The notes under the pieces were generated by a model. The model did not search any database. It saw nothing but the letters and a program-made list of their open reading frames with translations, and was not told where the DNA came from. DNA of 64,000 nt from the NCBI GenBank assembly GCA_002104945.1, contig MCFH01000009.1, positions 496,001-560,000 of the forward strand. The letters are read 5' to 3'. The position numbers and the translations under genes were made by a program. Of the stretch, positions 38,213-52,010 are shown one piece after another (position 1 is the stretch's first letter; each line of letters starts with the position of its first letter). The DNA comes from Piromyces finnis finn. Its lineage: Eukaryota > Fungi > Neocallimastigomycota.

Positions 38213-39817
38213 ATGGAAGACGAAACAGTTAGAATTCCAATTGGCAAGCAAGCCATTGACAAGTCATTTTTCCAATGTCGTATGTACGAAAACAAATTCC
38301 CAGAAGTTGACGATTTAGTTATGGTCAATGTTGTTCAAATTGCTGATATGGGTGCTTACGTTCATCTTTTAGAATATAACAATACTGAAGGTATGATCTT
38401 ACTTAGTGAACTTTCTAGAAGACGTATTAGAAGTATTCAAAAGTTAATTCGTGTTGGTAGAAATGAAGTTGTTGTTGTTCTTAGAGTCGATACTGAAAAG
38501 GGTAAATAGAAAACTTAATTATTATTAATTGTTTTTAAATATGTATATTTGGATATGCTATTTTTAAATGAATTCTTTTAAAAAAATGATTATTGGAATT
38601 AATGAAATTTCAAATTATAAAATCAAAAAATTTTTTAATAAAAGGTTACATTGATCTTTCTAAGAGACGTGTTTCTGCTGAAGATATCCAAAAGTGTGAA
38701 GAAAAGTTCACCAAATCCAAGACTGTATATATCATATAAATTATTCAATTAATATAATTAATAATTAAAAGTATAAAGGAAATTAATGTGTTGTCATTCT
38801 CTTGATATTAATTGATAATAGGTCCACAGTATTATGAGACATGTTGCTGAAAAGCAATATGAAATGTATGGTAAATCTCTTGAAGATTTATATGTTCAAA
38901 TTGGTTGGCCATTATACAAGAAATACGGTCATGCTTATGATGCTTTCAAGGCTGCTATCTAGTAAGTTAAAAGTATTAGTGGATTTACTAAATGTTTATA
39001 GACGATGATTCTAAATTCGATATTCGTTTTTAATTTATATTATGATATAAAGCGAACCAGATAAGGTTTTCGAAGGTTTAGAAATTGAACCAGAAATCCG
39101 TTCTGAACTTTTAAAGAACATTAAGCGTAGAATGACTCCACAACCAATTAAGCTTCGTGGTGGTAATTATCGTTATTATATATATTATATATATTATATT
39201 AAAAATTAATTACATAATCATGGAAAATAGAAAATAGTATATAATAAATTTCTAAGGAATAAAATAATTGATCATATTTCTGTGATATTACTTAATTTAT
39301 ATAGATATTGAACTTACTTGCTTCAGTTACGCTGGTATTGATGCTATTAAGGAATCTCTTAAGATTGGTGAAGCTTGCTCTGTTAAATACGAATTATCTC
39401 CAGAAGAAAAGGAAGAATTAGAAAAATCAAAACAAACCAATATTAATGATATTATTATTAAGGTAAATAGGAATTTAAATGTATTATTAATAATCAAAGA
39501 GTCTAGACATTATTATTTTTATGTTAATAAAAATGCATTTTATATATAATAATAACGATAAATAGATTAAGCTTGTTGCCCCACCATTATATGTCATGAC
39601 TGCTCATGCTACTGATAAGGCTCTTGGTATTGAGACTTTAGAAAAGGCTATTGCTGCTATTGAAGAAAATATTAAGAAGTACAATGGTTCATTAACTGTT
39701 AAGATGAGTCCAAGAGCTGTCAGTGAAAACGATGAAATGGAATTACAACAACTCTTAGCTAGAGCTGAACGTGAAAATGCTGAAGTTTCTGCTGATGAAG
39801 ATGATGAAAGTGATTAA
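38213..39817 (+). CDS. SUI2: Translation initiation factor 2 subunit alpha (eIF2-alpha), 6 exons
   Basis: [19 protein letters not shown], the phosphorylation loop [51 protein letters not shown] and an acidic tail. GT-AG introns keep frame. Confidence 0.97.
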
Positions 39818-40061
39818 AGGGTTTTATAGCTAAATTATTGGGGAAAAAAAGATATAAAATAATTAAGCAATTAAAGAATAGAAAATTTTTAATTTAAAAA
39901 TTTTATTTCTTTAAAGCTTTCTCAAATATATATTATTTTATTTATAAATTTTTAAACGAGTTTAATTTATTTTATAATTTTTTCCTTCTTTTTTTTTTTT
40001 TTTTTTTTATAATATAATGTTAACAAGAATTATCCAGAAGATATAAAATAGTATTCATTCT

Positions 40062-40099
<38 letters not shown>

Positions 40100-40484
40100 A
40101 AGAAAAAAAAAATCAAACAATCAAAAACGAAGCAAATAATCATTAATTATATACAATATTTAATTTCTAATATTTATATGCATATTAAAATATTCCTTTA
40201 ATTTCATATTTTTATATCGAATTTTACTTTTTTTTTAGATTTGTAAAAAAAAAAAAAAAAGGATTAAAGAGAAATGAAAAGGAATGTATATGTGTAAATT
40301 TATATATTTATATTAAATAAATAAAAAAAAAAAAAAACTCATAAAATAAATTAATAAAAAAAATAAATAAATAAATAAATAAAAAAAATTCAAAAGTAGG
40401 TGTGCTTATCAAATTATATTTTTATTTTTATACAAAGATATATTAATGATTTAATAAAATTGTATTTTTCTCTTATTATTTTTT

Positions 40485-41240
40485 ATTTTCTGAAGGGTTA
40501 TACGAAAGTAGAAATTTATTAAAAGACATATAGTCTCAAAAAAAACTTCCCTTAAATTTAGGCATTATTTTGGATTATTCGTATTCGATGCGGATAGGAT
40601 GAACAATCTTTTTACCACTGAATTATAGAATGTTTTGCAATCTCTGAATACAGAATTTTTTTCACTTTGCTTTTTTAACCGTTTTTTTAACCTTTTTTCA
40701 TAATAATAATAAATATAAGAATTAATTCATCATTATTTACTTACTTCTTGAAAAATAAGAAAAACAATTTTAAACTATATTTTTTAAGTTTCTTCTTGAT
40801 AGAACTTTAGCTTATGCTGAAGTTACAAATCGATAAGGCAGAACAAAGAACATATTTGAATGAACGGCTTTTTACAGTTCATCGGGGTCTCATGTTCCAT
40901 AGGTAGAGGGTTTCACGGCTTTTCATACTAAAACAATTCTTTCCCCTCCCTATCATTAAGTAGTTCAAGGAAGCTACTTTTTTGATAGGTTTAGTAAGAC
41001 ATTTAGCGTAATCAAAAGTGCCGACGGCTTAACAATATGGCAAAGAAATATTTCAAATGTTCCGTACACAGGACAGGGTTCAATGTTTAGTATTTCTTCA
41101 AATGAATAACATTATAAATTCATGGGAGAGTTAAGTGGACCACCACATTCTTCATACCTGATGTTGATGTTACTTTTATATTTCATTTAATTTATTAGGT
41201 TGGGTCCAATTCCTTATAGTACGGATTACAAAGTTTATTA
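40485..41240 (+). pseudogene. GC-enriched, stop-interrupted coding-like island (possible decayed VWA-domain or foreign gene)
   Basis: 40861-40920 is 29/60 G+C and CpG-containing, against near-pure AT flanks. Plus-strand fragments include LPLNLGIILDYSYSM (40546-40590) and FDRFSKTFSVIKSADGLTIWQRNISNVPYTGQGSMFSIS, separated by stops and frame changes. Confidence 0.35.
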
Positions 41241-43466
41241 AACTTTTATTCAACTTAAAATAATTTTATTTTATCTTTATTTTTTTTTTTATATAAATGT
41301 ATTTTATTATTTTTTATTTATTATTTATTATATCAATATGTATTATCACCTTATATAATGTAATATCACCAAGTATTCTCTTCCTAGTCTAAATAAAAAA
41401 ATAATTTAAAGACATATTATTTTTAATTTTTTTTTTTTTTAATTCATTATACCTATATTAATATCAATAAAATCTAGAATGAATTGTTGAATTGTTAGGT
41501 GTATATGTAAGAATTACCATTATATATATATATATGTTTTAATCATGTAATATTTTCAATATAAAAAAAGTGTCAAATAATAAAAAAAAAAAAATTATAT
41601 TATTATTATTATTTTTAAAAAACAATATTTTTAAATTATTAGAATAAAAAGCATTCTTTAATTTTATTTAAATATATTTATATTTGAAGGAGTGAATTAT
41701 CAGGATCACTTTTATTTTTTCTTTTCGTCTTTAGTGTTTTTTTTTTTTTTTTTTTTTTTTTTCTTAGTTATTATTCACTACCAAAGAATACGCCTATTTA
41801 AATTATATATTAAGGAATAGGACAAACTTTTTATTTTTAAAAGTATATTACTCATAATGGGAATTATTAATTTAAAATGATATTTCTTTGGAAAAATTTT
41901 ATATAAAATAGGTTTTGTTTATTCAAGGAATAGAATAGAAATCAAAGAAAAAAAAAAAATAGTAATAATAATAATAATAAAAGAACTATTTGAATTTTTA
42001 TAAAAGCTAAAATTTTGTTTTAAAACACATTTTTTTTTTTTAACTATAAAGGTACTATTGTATTGCGTATTGCAATAGAAAAAATATAAAAATTAAGAAA
42101 ATAAAAATATATATATACATATGTTATACGTTTTTTTTTTAACACCTTTTATCACATAATTTTAAATAGGCACATTTATCAACTTTTTTTTTTTTTTTTT
42201 TTTTTATTTTCAAAAATTATAACTTAAAATATAGGATAAAAGAAATTTTTTTCTTATAATATTAAATAATTATAATCTTTAGTTTATTATACAAAATGAA
42301 TATATTTTCTATTTTCTAAGCTTTTCAATTCTTCTTTCTTTCTAAAATAAGTTTATAACATTTATTATTATTATTATTATTATTTTTTTTTTATATTTTA
42401 AAAGGCTTTATAAAAAAAATATAAAAAAAAAATATATAATATATATATATAAATGTTATTTTTATTTTTATAAATTTGTTCCTTTTTTTTTTTTGGCTAA
42501 AAAAAAAAAAAAGTAGAAAGAAAGAAATTAAATTAGAGAAAAATTTACTATATATATATAAAGAGAGGAAAAAGAAGATAATGAAAAATAAAACAATAAA
42601 ATGAAAAAAAAGAAAAAAAGAAATTAAATGATAAATTTATATCTTTCCTTTTTTTTTTCTTTCTTTCTTTTTTTATTTTTCTTGAATTATGTAGTTTTTC
42701 TTTCTTTCTTTTCCTTCTTCTTTTCCATTTTTTTTTTCTTTTATTTTTCTATATATATTTTCATTTTTCCTTCTAAGTTCTATGGTGCTTAATCCAAATA
42801 TTATTAATATATCAATTTTCTTCTGAATACGTTTATAATCAAGCTGAACCTATATATTTTTTTCTTTTTAAACTTATAATATATTTAATAATTATGAATT
42901 TTCATTTCTTTTATAAAAAAAAAAAAAGTAAATAAAAAATAGAGTAGGTTAAATATATGTAACAATAATAATAATAATATCATATAATAAAAAATATTAT
43001 ATATTAATATCTATGTATGAACATCTTCTATATATAGTGTATATAGAAAAATGTATTTTACTTTTTTTTATATAAAAAAAAAAAAAAAAAAGAGAAAAAG
43101 AAAAATATGGTTATGGAATATATAAATTTGTTGATGATTGATACGACTATTACTTTTTCTGTTTCTTTAAAACAAAATAGTATAAAAATTGAAATTAAAT
43201 TTACTATATGATATATATTTTAAATAAATAAATCATTTAAAAAGTTTTAATAATAAATATTATAAAAAAAAGACTGAGTTATAATTGCGTGTTTACATTT
43301 TTACAGGTTTAATAAAAAGTATCATTATTTTATTAGTTTAAAATCCTTTTTTTTTTTTTTTTTTTTTTTATCATATTTGAATTTTTTATTTGAAAACTAA
43401 TTACTAAATGCTAATGTACTAATATTATTTCATTCTTCATTTTTTTCTACGTTATACTATTATTAG

Positions 43467-43511
<45 letters not shown>

Positions 43512-43893
43512 CTGATTATGTGCAGTATTTTTTTATATAGAAATAATATTTTTGAATTTGAAAATGTTATCTTCAGTATTTTATTTTATTTTATTTTATT
43601 TTTGAAAATTCTTTTAAAATTCATTGTTATTTTCTATTTATCTATTTTATTAATTTTCAATTAAAAGATTTTATTTAAGATATTGACTTTTCTAATTTTT
43701 TAAATATTTATTATATTGCTGTAATTTTTAAATAGATTTTATCTTTATTTATTTAAAGATATGATTATTTAAATTTAATTTCTTGTTGTTGTTGTTGTTG
43801 TTTTTATTACCACTGTATTATATATTATTAGTTGCTGTTGTATTGCTTATTGCTATTTTATCATTATTATTGATAACATATTTTTTTCTTTTT

Positions 43894-43931
<38 letters not shown>

Positions 43932-44102
43932 GCTTTATTTTAATACTGAAATCTTTCCCCAATATTTTTTATTATATTGTTATTATTATTATTGTTAGGA
44001 TTATTAAAATTATGGTATGCATTCACTGACAACTGTTTTTGTATTAAAACATTTTCAATTTCAAATTTATTATTTTAATTAAAAAAATATATTTTAAATA
44101 AA

Positions 44103-47100
44103 TTATGCTTGATTTATTGATTCAGTGAATTTTTGAAATGATGGTGAGTTGACGATTTTATTTTTGTTGGATGATGACTTTTTATCCTTGGTATAAGCAT
44201 CTAATGATGATTTATCAATAATTTCTAAATTAATAAAGATACGAACAAGATTTTCAAATAATAGTATTTTATCGCTTTCATCTATAATTATTGATAAAAA
44301 AAAAAACAATATTAATAAAGAAATTATAGTTTGTTTCAAATATTTTTTATAAATAATTCATTCATATAAGATAATAATATTTAGGTAATTGTTTATAGTT
44401 ACTTATACGGTATTTAGTATCTAAACAATAATCTTGTATTGAGTTTATAACATCAACACTATTGTTATTATTTATAAAGTGGGATAAAACAGATTTAATT
44501 TTTGTTATTATTTCTTCCTTTTCTTTGTAAAGTTCTCTAGAATGTTCCTTTGGTCTAAATTGATTTTGGAATATGGTTTTTGTAGTTACATATTTAATAC
44601 ATCTGCCAACAAATACTTCTGCAAAAGTGGATGAATTAAGAGTATTTTTATCAAGTTGGGATTCAATGTATTTAATAATTTCATTTGAATTTCCACCATC
44701 AAGGTTATTCTTCAAATATTTAGCTACGGCAGCAAGTGGCCAGACTGAAGATATTGGACTATCAACAATTTTATCTTTTATATCATTAATAAGATTATCT
44801 TTAATGTCACCTTCAAAGAAATCAGCAGCATTGACGTTACTAGATTTCCAGGCCTTTATTAATTTATCTTCTGGATAGGAGGCTAAAAATTCAGATATAA
44901 TTGAAGTAATGAAACTTGGTCCATATTGAGCTCTATTTTCAATGACCTTAGAAATTTCTAAAACGTCCTTGAAGTCAATAGCATTGGATTCAATTAATTC
45001 AGCAACAAAGCAACCAATAATATTACTGTATTTTGGAACATCAATTATCATGTCACCAATAAATTCGACATTCTTTTTTAAGCTACCATTTTTTTAAAGA
45101 AATAAAATTAATTTATTAGTATGATTATATCATCATTTTATTTTATTTGTTTTAATATTTTATAAATACTTTTTTATAAAAATCTGTAACTATTATTTAC
45201 CTTTCAATAATGTCTTCACGAGAAATAATTTCTTCATCGTATAAGATAGCATTCATATTGGCGAGATTTTTATATTCTTTAATGATGTTACAAGAAACAT
45301 CAATTAAAATACCCATAATAACACCACTTTGATCACCATCTTTAACTTCTTTACAAGTAAGAATACATTCTTGCTTATCGTTATTTTCTAAGAATTCCTT
45401 AAATACATTTTCGATTCTCTTCTTGGCTTGTTCTTCGGACATCTTTGGTTTATTTGGTGAGGCCTTCATTGGAGATCTATCGCGTTGACTACCAGAACTT
45501 GAACGTCCACTATCAATAGATTTTCTTCTATCACCGGTTTCGTCTGTTAAAGTACTAAATATATTCTTTGAGGTAAAGGATGGTGATTGATTAACTGGAC
45601 TATTAGACATACTGTTTTTATTTTGAATAAATCCAGAACCAGACTTGCGCATTTCTGTATTGGAGTCGGTTTTCTTGTTGGCCCATCCGAAACCACCTAA
45701 ACCTCTCTTTGGTGGACCTAAAAGTATATTATTACTACCATTGGAGATAGAATTAATTTTACCAAAGTGACTAAGATCACCGGCAGTACGTGTTTGTGGT
45801 TTTGGAGTGTTCCAACCATCTTGACTTTGTCTATTATTACGGTAGTCATTTTTCATACCATTGTGACCACTACCTGAACGACCTGAATTTCTTAATTTTT
45901 CCATATCCTTCTTTTCCTTTTCGGCGTCTTGATGAATTTGAGCAATAGTTTTTGGACCTTGAGTAACAGTTCTACTCTTCCAGTCATCCTTACGAAGTTC
46001 ATATACATCTTGTAACATAAATCTAATACGACTTGGAATGGTCTTTCTCTTACTTAATTCTTCAATCTTATCAAAGTAAAGATTCATGTGCTTTTGAGCC
46101 TTTTCATTGTTATCTAACTTTCTACCAATAGTTTTCATTAAGTTGCAAAGACTTTCAAGATCTTCTTCTTCTGGGTTTTCAAAGTTACTGAATAATAATT
46201 TACCAACACATTGATGCATAATCTTTTCAGAAAGCATACTTAACTTGAATAATTCACCAATGAACTTAATGTTACCAAGAGAACGTCTCTTAATCTTAAT
46301 ACGTTCAGTTTCTTTGGTAGCCCATTCATTCTTTTCTTCTTCAGTCATTTCAGAAACTGGCTTAGTAATCTTATTTTCTTCAGTCCATTTTACTTCCTTT
46401 TCGAATTCTAATTGACATTTGTTTAAAAGTAATTTACGGAACAAATTATTTTTGTTTTCGGACTTTTTATCAATCATCCATGATTGAATCTTTGGTAATT
46501 CGTCACTAATACTCTTACATAATTCAGCGTAAAGAGAACCAAAGTTTGGTTCATCTAAGGCTTTATCAAAGACCAAATTAATAACACCTTCTAAGATAGC
46601 TTCATCTGTAATACCAATTTCAATAATTTGCTTGCTAAGAGAATTAAAGTGTTCATATGTTAACTTATTAAGAATACCTTTAACCTTACGGAAGATTTGT
46701 TCTTTTAAGGCTTCTTTCTTTTCTTCTTCGTCTTCAATATTATCAATAATCTTGTCATTATTAAGTTGTGGCTTCCAGGCGTTTTCAGATTTAGCAAGTG
46801 GAGCAACATCACTCATTGGAATAGTTGGACCACCAATCTTACTTTGACGTGACATATTTCTGTTCATTCTACCATTATTATTCATGTTTCTATTTCTGCT
46901 ACCATTAGAACCTTGACGATTACCCATATTTGGAACTTGATTAACCATTTGTGGCATTGGGAAACGGAAACCATTTGGTCCCATTTGTTGACCCATTGGC
47001 ATTCCTTGTGGACCTGGTCCCATTTGCATACCTTGACCCATTGGCATTGGTTGTTGATTCATCATTTGTGGACCAGTGAAATGTCCACTTGGAACTCTCT

Positions 47101-50100
47101 TTTGTAATAAATGTTCATTTGGATTCTTCATCATAGCTGGATTTCTTTGCATATTGATATTAGATGGATTAGAGTTTTGTCTCATCATTGGATTAGTAGC
47201 ACTATTTTGCTTAGTTGGTTGAATGTGACTAGTACGCTTTTTCTCCTTATCACCAATCATAATAGAGTCAACATCTTCTGGTTTGAGAGTTTCTGGTCTG
47301 TAAATACATTTTTCCTTGAAGGATAAAATAAATTCTTTTGGGTAGATTGGATAATCCTTATCATTTGTTGGGATTTTCATGTTTTCTGGATATTTAATCT
47401 TACTGAAATCGGATTCTAAGACATATTCAGAAGCTGGTTTTGGATATGGTTGCTTAACCTTATTTTGTGGTTTTTGTTGATTGATTGCGGACATCTTATT
47501 GACTTGACTATTAACAATATTACCCATGACTCCGCCCATAACACCACCGTTACTTTTAATAAATGGAGTTTCTTCTGGTTCTTTTACTATCTTATTATTC
47601 TTTAATAAAGACTTACCAATAGTGCTACCTGGCATATTACCAAAGGCATTTTCTTTTTTAGTTGGTTCAGCCTTCTTTGGTGTTTGTGGCTTAGAGTCTG
47701 TTGGTGTCTTTTCTTCATTTGCACTCTTATCATCAGTAGTAACGTCAGTTTCCTTTTCCTTTCCTTCTTCTTTTGATTTTTCAGCATTTTTATTTTCTTT
47801 TTCAGCTGCTCCAACAATCTTAACCTCTTCTACCTTCTTTTCAGCTTCTTCCTTCTTTTCTTTTTCTTCTACCTTTTCATCCTTTTTAACACTTTCTTTT
47901 TCTTTTGGTGTTTCTTTTTTAATTTCCTCAACCTTTGTTTTTTCTTCTTTTGGTTCAGATGGCTTTTGTGGCTCACTTGTAGTTTTCTTTACTGTTTCAG
48001 ATTCAAGTTCCTTGGATTCTTTTTCTCCAATATTTTCATTCTTTAATGGAGAGGATGCAGCATTAGCAGAAAGTGGTGTTTTTGGTGCTTCCTTATTTGG
48101 AGAAGTGATTTTAATTGAGTTAGTTTTTTCGCCAGATGGTGTTGCTGGGGCAGAAGAAGAAAGTCCAGTAACAACTGGTGCAACCTTGGTGTCGTTTTCT
48201 TTTGTAATTTTATCATCAACAATTTGTGTTTCTTCCTTTTCACCAATTTCTCCAATCTTTTTTGCGGATTCCTTTTCAACAGCTGAAGTTGGAGCAGAAG
48301 AAATTTTAGTAGGTGGTGTACTTTTGATTGGTGATGTAGTTGTAGATTTCTTTTCATCAGGTGTTTTAGATTGAGGTGTAGTTGCTGATGATGGTGTATC
48401 TGATTTTTTTTCATCCTTTTTATCATCTTGAGGTTTAACAATTTTAATGGCTTTGTTTTTTGGTTCTGGTGTTGTGTATGGAGAAACCTTGACAAATGGT
48501 TTAGTTTCTTTTTTGAAATTGACCTCTTCATTATTATTTGGATTAGTGATTTTGATTTTAGTTGATGATCTTTGTCCGATATTAGCTTGGACAATAAATG
48601 ATTGTTGAGGTGGTATCATTGCGGTGGCCAAATAAAATTGTTGAGGATAGTAAACTGGTGGTGGTGGTGGTTGTTGGTATAAAATAGGTGGCATATCACC
48701 TCTTTGATTAGGTGCATAAGCTATTTGTGGTCCGAATGGTGGTTGATTTGGTGGGGGTTGACTCATTCTATTATTTTGACGATTATTAAATCCAGAGTTT
48801 CGTTGCATTTGATGTGGTTGATGTTTATTGTGTATTGGTTGTCCTTGGAATTGATTATTATTCATATGATTTGGTGGTGGGAAGTGTCCATTATTACTAT
48901 TATTATGATTCATATGGAAATTATTGTTGTGGTATGGGGAATAGTTTGAATAGCCTTGGTTATTATATTGAGCTGAATTTCTATTATAGTTATTTACATT
49001 CATATTATTATTTGGATTGTTTCCCATGTTATTATTTGGATTATTATTGAAGGTATTATTATTCATAAATGGTTGCATATTTTGTTGAGATGGTATTGGT
49101 CCTTGGTTTTGTTGTAATGGCATTGGTCGTGATTGCATTTGTTGGACTCGTGGAGGATGCATTTGTCTTTGTTGGTTATGAACTTGGTGATGTGGTTGTG
49201 GATGTTGATTTTGGAAATGATGAGGTCCAAAGTTAGAATTAATTTCATTCTTTGGATCCATGTGTCCATTATTTTGCTTTCTTTGTTGTTGTATTATAGA
49301 TGGTGGTGCTGAATGTGTGCGTGGAATTGCTTCATTAATAGCTGCAGCTATATTAGGATGATGCATCTAAATATTAAAAAAATATAACAGTTTTGTAGAT
49401 AAAAGGTAAGTAAAGTACAAAATAATAATGTATAGCTCCATTTATAATTTAGATACAATTCAATAATAGATACTATTTCTATACTTACTGGTGCAGGTTG
49501 TTTAAGTTCATTATCATGTGAATTTATAAAGCCTTTTTGATTATTATTAGTATTATTAGTATTATTAGTATTACTTTTATTATTGGTATTATTATTATTT
49601 GATTCTGGTATAGGGTTGTTTGGTTTTTCTTGCTTAAATTGGAAATTATTGCTTGTTTTCTCTATTTTATCGTTATTAAATGCATTTACATCTGGTTGTT
49701 CTACAACTGGACTATTTAATGAAGAATTTACTTTATCATCTACTTCATTGGAACCAATAGTACCAAAAGTTATACCTTTTCCCATAGCTGTTTTTAAATT
49801 ACATAAAAAAATAAATGTTTGAGTGAAAAGTTAAATATTTATTTATATATATATATAAAATATTTTTAATATTTACGTTTAGGTTTATTTTTCATTAATC
49901 CTTTCTTATATCTAACAGCTTCTCCACTACTACTATTATTAGTAGTACCACTACTGCTTCCTCTAAATTTTTATTTTTTTTAAAATAAATATTTAGTATT
50001 GTACTTAATATTTTTGCTATTTATGAAAATAATATTTACCCTTGTATAGTTCTATTATTATTTTGCTTTTTCTTTCCTCCTTGACTTAAATTACTACTCA

Positions 50101-50236
50101 TGCTTTGTTGTGAATTACTTCCATATAAGGAATCATTGTTATTATTTGAACTATAGCGTTTATTATTCATTTTTTTATTTAATTTGGAATTATTTCTACT
50201 TAATTGTTCTTCGTATTTTGATTGTTTGGAAGCCAT
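44103..50236 (-). CDS. TIF4631: Translation initiation factor eIF4G (4E-binding motif, MIF4G, MA3 and W2-like domains), 6 exons
   Basis: 4E-binding-type YPKEFIL (47324-47344) and MIF4G signature VKGILNKLTYEHF...LVFDKALDEPNFGSLYAELC...RRSLGNIKFIGELFK...SRIRFMLQDVYELR, followed by MA3-like EFLENNDKQEC and a further helical domain. Exons: 50040-50236, ~49878-49962, ~49488-49788, 45200-49366, ~44408-45081, 44103-44281. Confidence 0.93.
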
Positions 50237-50834
50237 ATTATATATAATGTATTATTACTTATTTTATTTTTATAATAATAATAATAATAATAATAAAAAT
50301 AATAGTAAGTATTAGATATTTATTGTTTACAAATTGATTAAATATATCTAAAGAATATACTTTTAAACTTTTTTTTTTAATAAATATATTTATTATGATC
50401 AAATCAAAAATAGGTCATAATTTTAATAACTATTATAAATTCATTAAAATAACAATTTAATTACTATATTTAAATGCAAAACTATAGATCAGACCTTATT
50501 TTCTTTCTATTTCTTTTTTTTTTATATTTCAATTAAATTTAAATTATTTATAAATCATTATATATTTGCTTTGCTATACTTAAATTAAATTGATTATTTG
50601 TGACAAAACAAAACAAAACAAGTAAACAAACAAACGAACAAATAAAAAAAAAAAAAAAACTGTAAAAAAAAAACTTTTTTTTCTTAATTTTCATTGATTA
50701 TTTTATGCTCTTAAAATTTGTACTTATTTTTTTTATTATACTTTTATAAATTATTCACTTTACTTTGGTATTTTATATCATTTAAATTTATAATTATATA
50801 TATATATTTTTTTTTCGATTATATAATACTAATA

Positions 50835-50873
<39 letters not shown>

Positions 50874-51795
50874 AAATAAAATAATAAATAAAAAATTTAA
50901 ATAATTACTTTGTGTAATTGTGGTAGTTAGCAATTTTGTTATTCTCTGAGGTATTATTTTCTTCGAATTAATATACTTCTTTATCTATCTTTCCAAATTT
51001 TATTTATTTTTATTTTTTATATTTTATTAATTAAAAAAAGTGGTATTATTTTTTTTTCAAAAGCGTTAAAAAAAAAAACTTTGAAAAAAAATGGATGAAT
51101 TTTTTAATTGAATAAAATGAATAAATAAATAAATAAATAAATTTAATGAAAGAAGAAATTTAAGAAGTTATACAAGTAATGTATATATTCTTATTCTTAT
51201 TTGTAAAATATGTGATTTATTGAAAGGATAAAGTATAAAAATAAAAAATTTATATATATATTTTTATTTTTAAACTTTATTCTTTTTCCTTTTTGTATTA
51301 ACTAAATTGTTTTTTTAAAGGAATTTATTTTTGCAAAAAAAAAAAAAATAATAGATAATAGATTTTGATAAAATTCCTTTATTGATTGTAATTGTAAATG
51401 TTAATTTGCTTTGCTTTAGTTATGTTGTATATTGTTTATGCGCTTTTATAGTATTTTATGTATCTATCTTTATTTAAGATTAGATTTAATAACTAGCAAA
51501 TATTGATTATAATAATAATAATAATAAATATCTTTTATTATTATTATTATTTAAATCATAATATTTTTATTAATAAAAATATATAAAGTTATATAAAAAA
51601 TTTTTCCTTTCCACAGAAAATTTTTTAATTATTAGCAGTAAGAAAAGAAAAATTAAATTATTTTGTATATTTCAATATAATAATAAAAAATTTAATATTA
51701 TCATTTTATTAATAAATTTATAATTAATTATTTAATTTACTGTTTAATAAAATATTGAAAATTATCAATACTAATCCAATTATGAAATAATAACG

Positions 51796-52010
<215 letters not shown>

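Noticed and set aside
40855-40925. Minus-strand GAAAC ... CCGATGA resembling hammerhead ribozyme core boxes
   Set aside because: The core has C in place of U4, there is no GUH cleavage triplet, and stems II and III cannot be formed.
47526-48374. 282-aa plus-strand ORF and other ORFs antisense or out of frame to eIF4G, RPC1, WNK, paralogue B and MYCBPAP
   Set aside because: They are shadows of biased codon usage on the real coding strand and show no independent motifs.
9943-50236. Apparent clustering of gene-expression genes (RPC1, SLX9, RPL39, eIF2-alpha, eIF4G)
   Set aside because: They are interspersed with unrelated genes, in mixed orientations and with large spacers. There is no evidence of a functional cluster without synteny or co-expression data.
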